Shown here in pieces: positions 57,604 to 64,000 of a stretch of 64,000 bases of DNA (position 1 is the first letter of the stretch; every line of letters begins with the position of its first letter). The stretch is from Eubacterium sp. Lineage in GTDB: Bacteria; Bacillota; Clostridia; Christensenellales; CAG-314. The stretch covers positions 151,430 through 215,429 of the forward strand of contig CAVJWC010000001.1 in NCBI GenBank assembly GCA_963653425.1, read 5' to 3'. The translations under genes were made by a program, and so were the position numbers. The notes below the pieces were generated by a model. It made no database searches and was not told where the DNA came from. It saw only the letters and a list, made by a program, of their open reading frames with translations.

Positions 57604-58875
57604 TTATTCGCCCGCAAAAATTTTAAGCAGATCTTTTTCCGAATTCTTTCCGACGTAAGCCATAGAGTAATCGGAAAGCGTTAAAAGTCTTTCCGCGGCT
57701 TTCATAACGTCTTCTTTGGTAACGGCGTCGATCATTCTTATTCTTTCGTCGATATCAAGCATCTTGTCCAGCTTCAGCACGGAATTAGCCATAAGCATAG
57801 CTACGTTTATTGAATTTTCCAGCGACAGGAGCATGGAACCTTTATACTGTTCTTTACCTCTGCAAAGTTCTCTGTCGGTTATGGGATTCTCGAAAAATCT
57901 GAGAATTTCGTCGCGCAAAGCTTTGACGGCAATCTGAGTCTTCTGCGGACTCGTGCCTACGTAAAGCTCGAAATAACCGTTGTTTTTGTATGCGGAAAGA
58001 TAAGAGTACACCGAATAACATAAACCCTGTTTTTCACGAAGATACTGGAAAAGTCTGCTGGACATTCCTCCGCCCAAAACGCCCGAAAGAACGTTATTGG
58101 GGTAATTGTTGGGATCTCCCACCGCGTCGGCTTTACAGCCTATACAAACGTAAGACTGTTCGGCGTCCTTTTTCTTCACGAGGTAAACTCCATTATAGAC
58201 GGGGAGAACGGGAAGCGGTCGGGCTTTTTCGGCTTTGGGCATATCGTCGAAACGAGCGACGAAATATTCCTCGATATATTTAAGAGCTTCGTCGATTTTT
58301 ACGTTTCCCGCGACGGAGATACAGACGTTGGGCGCAACGTAATACTTCTCTTTGAATTTAAGAAGGTCTTCTCTCGTAGCCGAAGCAATTGTTTCCTTGG
58401 GACCGGTGATGGTTCTTCCGAGGGAATTATCGCCGTAAAGGGCTTCGCAGAGAAGGTCGTGACAGACGTCGTCGGGAAGGTCTTCGCCCATTATGATTTC
58501 TTCTATAATTACCTGACGTTCGCGATCGAGTTCGGTCTGGTCGAAAGTGCTGTTGAAAAACATATCCGAGAGAAGTTCGAGGCAGTCTTTCGTATGCTGA
58601 CCTGCTGTTTTGGTGTAAAAACAGGTTACGTCTTTGGAGGTATAGGCGTTGAGCTGACCTCCAACGTCCTCTATGGTTTCGCTTATCTGCTGAGCCGTTC
58701 TCGCAGGCGTTCCTTTGAACAGCATATGCTCGATAAAATGCGAAAAACCGTTGCATTCCTTGGGTTCTACCGAGCTTCCGACGTTGACGGCAACGGCAAC
58801 CGACGTCGAATACATACCTTCCATTTCTTTAATTACCACGGATAATCCGTTTTCGTATTTTTTGATTATTTCCAT
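57604..58875 (-). CDS. M16 family (pitrilysin/insulinase) zinc peptidase
   Basis: GFSHFIEHMLFKGT (HxxEH). Follows the deacetylase gene, as in the B. subtilis ylxY-mlpA arrangement. Confidence 0.85.
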   Translation of the reverse strand: MEIIKKYENGLSVVIKEMEGMYSTSVAVAVNVGSSVEPKECNGFSHFIEHMLFKGTPARTAQQISETIEDVGGQLNAYTSKDVTCFYTKTAGQHTKDCLELLSDMFFNSTFDQTELDRERQVIIEEIIMGEDLPDDVCHDLLCEALYGDNSLGRTITGPKETIASATREDLLKFKEKYYVAPNVCISVAGNVKIDEALKYIEEYFVARFDDMPKAEKARPLPVLPVYNGVYLVKKKDAEQSYVCIGCKADAVGDPNNYPNNVLSGVLGGGMSSRLFQYLREKQGLCYSVYSYLSAYKNNGYFELYVGTSPQKTQIAVKALRDEILRFFENPITDRELCRGKEQYKGSMLLSLENSINVAMLMANSVLKLDKMLDIDERIRMIDAVTKEDVMKAAERLLTLSDYSMAYVGKNSEKDLLKIFAGE

Positions 58876-58919
58876 TTCCACTCCGTTCCGAAACACTTTT
58901 TGCCTGTCGCAGTCTCGGA

Positions 58920-59633
58920 CTATTCTATATTTTCACTAACGGGACAAACGTTAAACCCGTTTTCCGAATAAAAATCAAGTATTGCTTTCAGCGCCTTTAC
59001 CGTAGCTTCCGTGGGGTGCATAAGAATAAGATCGCCCCCTTTTACCTTAGCGGTGGCTCTGCGTTTTATAAGATCGACGTCTTTATCCCGCCAGTCAACG
59101 GTATCTTTGCTCCACATAACCGTCACGAAACCGAGATCCTCCGCCGCTTTAAGCGTCTGTCCCGAAAAGGCTCCCGAAGGCGGTGCGAAAAGCGTGGGAC
59201 GAACGCCGATTATGGATTCTATCATATTCGCCGTGACGTTGATTTCGTCGTAATTGGCTTTATAACCGAGTTTATCCTGATTTTTGTGGTAGTATCCGTG
59301 ATTGCCTATCTCGTGTCCCGAAGAGGCTATCTTTTTGAGAAGATCGGGGTATCTTTCCGCCCACATTCCGCCTATAAAGAATGTGGTCTTTACGCCTGCC
59401 TGACGGAAAATCTCGAGCATAGGCTCGATATATTCGTTCCCCCAGTAAACGTTGACCATAAGCGTTACGTTCCTGCTTTCGGGATTGCCGGAATAAACGG
59501 GTTGTCTGACTTCGCCTCCCGAAAAAGCCGAACGCACGTCGCTACCGAAAGTTATCGCGAAAACCGAGGCTATTACCGCCGCAAGAACGACGTTGGCTAT
59601 TACTTTACGGAATACCTTTTCACTGATTCTCAT
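58920..59633 (-). CDS. polysaccharide deacetylase family protein (YlxY/PdaB-like)
   Basis: NodB-type TFFIGGMWAE...GHEIGNHGYYH motifs and an N-terminal transmembrane segment. The start is ambiguous (59633 or 59663). Confidence 0.8.
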   Translation of the reverse strand: MRISEKVFRKVIANVVLAAVIASVFAITFGSDVRSAFSGGEVRQPVYSGNPESRNVTLMVNVYWGNEYIEPMLEIFRQAGVKTTFFIGGMWAERYPDLLKKIASSGHEIGNHGYYHKNQDKLGYKANYDEINVTANMIESIIGVRPTLFAPPSGAFSGQTLKAAEDLGFVTVMWSKDTVDWRDKDVDLIKRRATAKVKGGDLILMHPTEATVKALKAILDFYSENGFNVCPVSENIE

Positions 59634-59713
59634 TTCTGCTTTCCGCCTGTAAACTATTGCCACTTCGTGACGGTTAATTATATGCGGAAAAAGGCGGAAT
59701 ATGAAACCGAAGG

Positions 59714-60625
59714 TCAGTTAATGAGCATATTGAGAAGATATACCAGACCGAACATAACTATCTGTCCGCCGAAATAAATCCAGAGAGTATGTCTTCCGCA
59801 GAACAGAACGAATTTCGCTTTTTCCGTATTGAAACCGGGGAAAAGCGTTTTTCTGTCCTTATACGCTCTGCGGGCAAAGCAAGCCGCAAGAAGGAAATAT
59901 CCGAGCGACGGGAACAAAGGAAGGAAGTCTGCTTTATTGTACATCGAGCCTTTGTGCTGGAAGAAAATCGAACCCAAAGAATCTGCGGTCGGGTTGTAAT
60001 ATTTGTAAAAGTCCAGAACCGAAGTCGATGGCGAATCGGGTCCCAAGCCTTTGGAAACGCAGTAAATGAAATACTCGCCGAAAAGCACCATCAGCACGGC
60101 AAATATAACGATTACGAGCGTAGGAATCTTCGCCACGTGTTTTTCAAACAGCTCTATAAGTCCGTAAACCAAAGTGGATACGCTGACGAGGTGAATGATG
60201 TTGAAGGTTATGAGACAGGGAATTCTCATAATCGTCTGCGCCCACCAGGTTATTACGGTAAACAGTCCCGCAAGACAAAGCATTTTCAGACTTCTGCGGA
60301 AATTGTTGCGACAAAGAACGCAACTTATTCCCGACAAAGCGACGAAAACGTAAACCATAAAAGGCTGAATTATCGCGCGATATTCGCAATACCAATACCA
60401 CGTCGCGATTTTAAGAACAGCCTGTCCGAAGGGCGTCTGATAGGGCGAGCACATAAGTATATCGCACATCGTGTGGTCGAACCATACGATAAAAATACAT
60501 ATTGCGCGCATAAAGTCGATTTCCCATACGCGGTCTTTGTTCTTTTTGTTGACTTTCAGAACGTTATCCGTATCGCTTGTTGTAACTACCTGCATCTTAG
60601 AAGCGTCAGACGTTTGCGTACTCAT
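59714..60625 (-). CDS. polytopic membrane protein, DUF1624/acyltransferase-like
   Basis: About 8 hydrophobic segments. RVWEIDFMRAICIFIVWFDH resembles the N-terminal motif of the heparan-glucosaminide N-acetyltransferase-like family. Confidence 0.5.
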   Translation of the reverse strand: MSTQTSDASKMQVVTTSDTDNVLKVNKKNKDRVWEIDFMRAICIFIVWFDHTMCDILMCSPYQTPFGQAVLKIATWYWYCEYRAIIQPFMVYVFVALSGISCVLCRNNFRRSLKMLCLAGLFTVITWWAQTIMRIPCLITFNIIHLVSVSTLVYGLIELFEKHVAKIPTLVIVIFAVLMVLFGEYFIYCVSKGLGPDSPSTSVLDFYKYYNPTADSLGSIFFQHKGSMYNKADFLPLFPSLGYFLLAACFARRAYKDRKTLFPGFNTEKAKFVLFCGRHTLWIYFGGQIVMFGLVYLLNMLIN

Positions 60626-60667
60626 TATGTTCTCCTTTGCCGATTATTTCAGCTTTGGTTTATTGGT

Positions 60668-61801
<1,134 letters not shown>

Positions 61802-62206
61802 TTACTTTAGTATCCCGTTCGTTCTCACCGATATTTTTAATAAATTAAGAGCCTTATGGCCGAACCGACTGCGCTAATCGGCGATAAAGAACGTAACGCC
61901 TCTTAAATTATATCACGACTTGAGTTTTTTTTCAATAGTTTATCCGTTAATATTTGAGTCCGACTTACCTTATAAATCGATTTTTAGCGAAAAAGGCTCG
62001 CAATTTTAATAAAAAGAGATATATTCGCAAAATTTCAGGAATAATTCTGCGGAGACAAAAAAATATGAATATAAATAAGTTTTGCGTGTTTTTATATATC
62101 GTAAAACGTATTTTTATGCGGTTGTTTTATAAATGAATTTTTATTATGGATTTTTAATATAATACAAAAGAGAATGTATCGTTTAATATTGTTTTTATGG
62201 TTTATT

Positions 62207-62719
62207 TCAGGCGTTTCGGTTGAATTTTTTAACGGCGACGTTTTTGTATTCAACAAAACGGATTTCGTAGCCGTTGTCTTCCGTCGGTTCGGATTCGGAA
62301 AGAATAACCCAGTTTTCAAGAGCGTCGAGATCGGGGAAAAACTTGTCGGGATTCTGCGCTTCGGCGTTTACCTTCGTGATTATCGCGCCGTCACAGTAAT
62401 CGAGAAGTTCTTTATACACGGAAGCTCCGCCGATTACGAAAACGTCGTCAGCGGTTTCGCCGAGCAAAGCAAACAAATCGCTCACGCTTCCAACGACTTC
62501 GTAGCCTTCGCCTTGCGGAAGATTTCGGCTTAAAACGATATTTCTTCTGTTCTTCAAAGGCTTACCGTTCGGGAAAGACCGCAGAGTGTTACTTCCGAGA
62601 ACGACGGTTTTGCCTTGGGTTAAGGAGCGAAAATGTTTCATATCCGCAGGAAGACTGAAAAGCAGGTCGTTATTACGTCCGATCGCCCAATTTTTATCGC
62701 AAACAGCTATAAGTTTCAT
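62207..62719 (-). CDS. folA: dihydrofolate reductase
   Basis: MKLIAVCDKNWAIGRNNDLLFSLPADMKHFRSLT...VIGGASVY. Confidence 0.9.
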   Translation of the reverse strand: MKLIAVCDKNWAIGRNNDLLFSLPADMKHFRSLTQGKTVVLGSNTLRSFPNGKPLKNRRNIVLSRNLPQGEGYEVVGSVSDLFALLGETADDVFVIGGASVYKELLDYCDGAIITKVNAEAQNPDKFFPDLDALENWVILSESEPTEDNGYEIRFVEYKNVAVKKFNRNA

Positions 62720-62779
62720 TCGTTTCTCCTCTCTTTAATCGCGACAGGCTTTTAAGTTAAATCAGCGCAAGCAATAAGG

Positions 62780-63610
62780 TTATACGGCGACTTCGAATTT
62801 ATATTCGGTTTTGTCGTAGCGGTAGTTCTCCATCGAGAAATCCGACACTTTGAAGGCGTAAAAATCGGTAATATCGGGATTTGCTCGGAAAACGGGAGCG
62901 TCAAACGTTTCGCCTTCGATCATACGTCTTACGGCGTCTTCGTGGCGATCATAAATATGAGCGTCGGCGATAACGTGGACGAGTTCGCCCGCCTGAAGCC
63001 CCGAACACTGAGCAAGCATAGTCAATAAAACCGCGTACTGAACGACGTTCCAGTTGTTAGCGACAGCCATATCCTGAGAACGCTGATTAAGCACGGCGTT
63101 GAGCTTTTTGCCCGAAACGTTGAGCGTCAGACTGTAAGCGCAGGGATAAAGGCGCATTTCGTGAAGGTCGCTGTGAACGTACATATTGGCAAGAATTCTT
63201 CTTGACTGAGGGTTGTGTTTAAGGTCGAAAAGTATTCTGTCGACCTGATCGAATTCGCCTTCGGGATAGATACTCTTCTGAGCAAGCTGATAGCCGTAAG
63301 CCTTTCCTATCGTTCCGTTTTCGTCCGCCCAACTGTCCCAGACGTGAGAATTGAGTTCGGAGAGTTTATTGGACTTTTTCTGCCATATCCAAAGCATTTC
63401 GTCGATAGCGGACTTCCACGCCGTTCTTCTGAGCGTCATTATCGGGAATTCTTCCGAAAGGTCGTATCTGTTTACGAGGCAGAACTTTTTAACCGTATGA
63501 GCTTTCGTTCCGTCGCTCCATACGGGACGAACGTCAAGTTCGGTGTCTCTGTATCCGTTTTCGAGAATGTCACGGCAGTTATCGATAAATATCAAATCGG
63601 CTTTACTCAT
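62780..63610 (-). CDS. thyA: thymidylate synthase (B. subtilis ThyA-type)
   Basis: SRRILANMY, YPCAY active-site region, NQRSQDMAV, DAHIYDRH. The C-terminal FEVAV matches B. subtilis ThyA as I recall it. ATG 63610 follows GAGGGGAAAA. Confidence 0.9.
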   Translation of the reverse strand: MSKADLIFIDNCRDILENGYRDTELDVRPVWSDGTKAHTVKKFCLVNRYDLSEEFPIMTLRRTAWKSAIDEMLWIWQKKSNKLSELNSHVWDSWADENGTIGKAYGYQLAQKSIYPEGEFDQVDRILFDLKHNPQSRRILANMYVHSDLHEMRLYPCAYSLTLNVSGKKLNAVLNQRSQDMAVANNWNVVQYAVLLTMLAQCSGLQAGELVHVIADAHIYDRHEDAVRRMIEGETFDAPVFRANPDITDFYAFKVSDFSMENYRYDKTEYKFEVAV

Positions 63611-63677
63611 TTTTCCCCTCTGAAAATCTTTTATAAAAACTTCCTTATGCAACCGGCGATAAAAAGCGCAATAACTT

Positions 63678-64000
63678 TTATTTTTCCAGCATAATTTCAA
63701 GGATTTCCTTGTCCGTGGACTGCATTCCTCTGGAAGCCATACGTCCTACGTTGGCAATGGTTTTATCTACACTTTCGTCAACGATACCGCAACTGTCGGG
63801 ATAACGTTTTCCGTCCATCGCAATGAAAAAGGCGTTAAACGCAGCGTCAAGACCGCAGGCTATTTTTGCCGCGCAACTTGCCTTTGCTCCGTCGCAAACT
63901 ACGCCTATATCGTCGGCAAGGGTGTTTATAATCGTATCGCGGATAACCTTCTCGGAATATCCGAGCATAAACGCAAGACCGCTCACCGCTCCGCATGTTG
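63678..64000 (-). CDS. L-cysteine desulfidase-like (UPF0597/YhaM family) protein, C-terminal part; 5' end outside window
   Basis: VVCDGAKASCAAKIA motif. The frame stays open up to base 64000. Confidence 0.65.
   Translation of the reverse strand, partial: TCGAVSGLAFMLGYSEKVIRDTIINTLADDIGVVCDGAKASCAAKIACGLDAAFNAFFIAMDGKRYPDSCGIVDESVDKTIANVGRMASRGMQSTDKEILEIMLEK

Noticed and set aside
61954-62136. A 60-aa ORF on the + strand in the AT-rich island.
   Set aside because: Its Lys/Arg/Ile/Phe-rich sequence is what any frame in very AT-rich DNA yields. It has no SD and opposes the local transcription direction.

Overview
This window reads as core chromosome from a mid-GC, probably spore-forming Firmicute with Clostridia-like gene order. 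I count about 55 protein genes. I saw no rRNA, tRNA, CRISPR array, transposase or phage genes.

Gene content. The first 8.7 kb is mostly on the + strand: asd (partial), yggS-lspA-rluD, an M1 lipoprotein peptidase, an ArsR regulator, an M50 protease and scpA-scpB. From 10.2 kb to the end every convincing gene is on the - strand. In transcription order within each block these are:
- purE-C-F-M-N-H-D-L
- a solitary mazF/ndoA toxin
- a short alaS followed by leuS
- M14 peptidase, rsmA and two tandem RimK-type ATP-grasp ligases
- mutS-mutL-miaA-ynbB-like, with miaB upstream
- yerC-like, pcrA, ligA
- HIT protein and rpsU
- prmA-rsmE-mtaB
- deoD and a PBP5-type carboxypeptidase
- ftsK-rimO-pgsA-cinA-recA
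- ylxY-like deacetylase and M16 peptidase
- mnmA, thyA-folA, and the 3' end of a cysteine-desulfidase-like gene

I found no clear multi-gene novel system such as a defence island or biosynthetic cluster. The observations most worth a second look are:
1. A 1.4-kb ORF-free convergence zone (8767-10197). It has a purine-to-pyrimidine strand switch, a dif-like 28-mer and a perfect 15-6-15 palindrome, so it may be the replication terminus.
2. A pur-operon leader with no recognisable purine or ZTP riboswitch. It carries a 42-codon ORF with a Shine-Dalgarno (SD) sequence whose stop codon sits in an intrinsic terminator.
3. A mazF/ndoA toxin gene with no antitoxin ORF beside it.
4. A 597-aa AlaRS that lacks the C-terminal domain and is co-transcribed with leuS.
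5. Two translationally coupled RimK-like ligases near an M14 carboxypeptidase.
6. Codon-aligned antisense shadow ORFs of up to 764 codons, implying near-avoidance of TTA, CTA and TCA codons.

All functional calls rest on motif recognition in the supplied translations. No database search was run.
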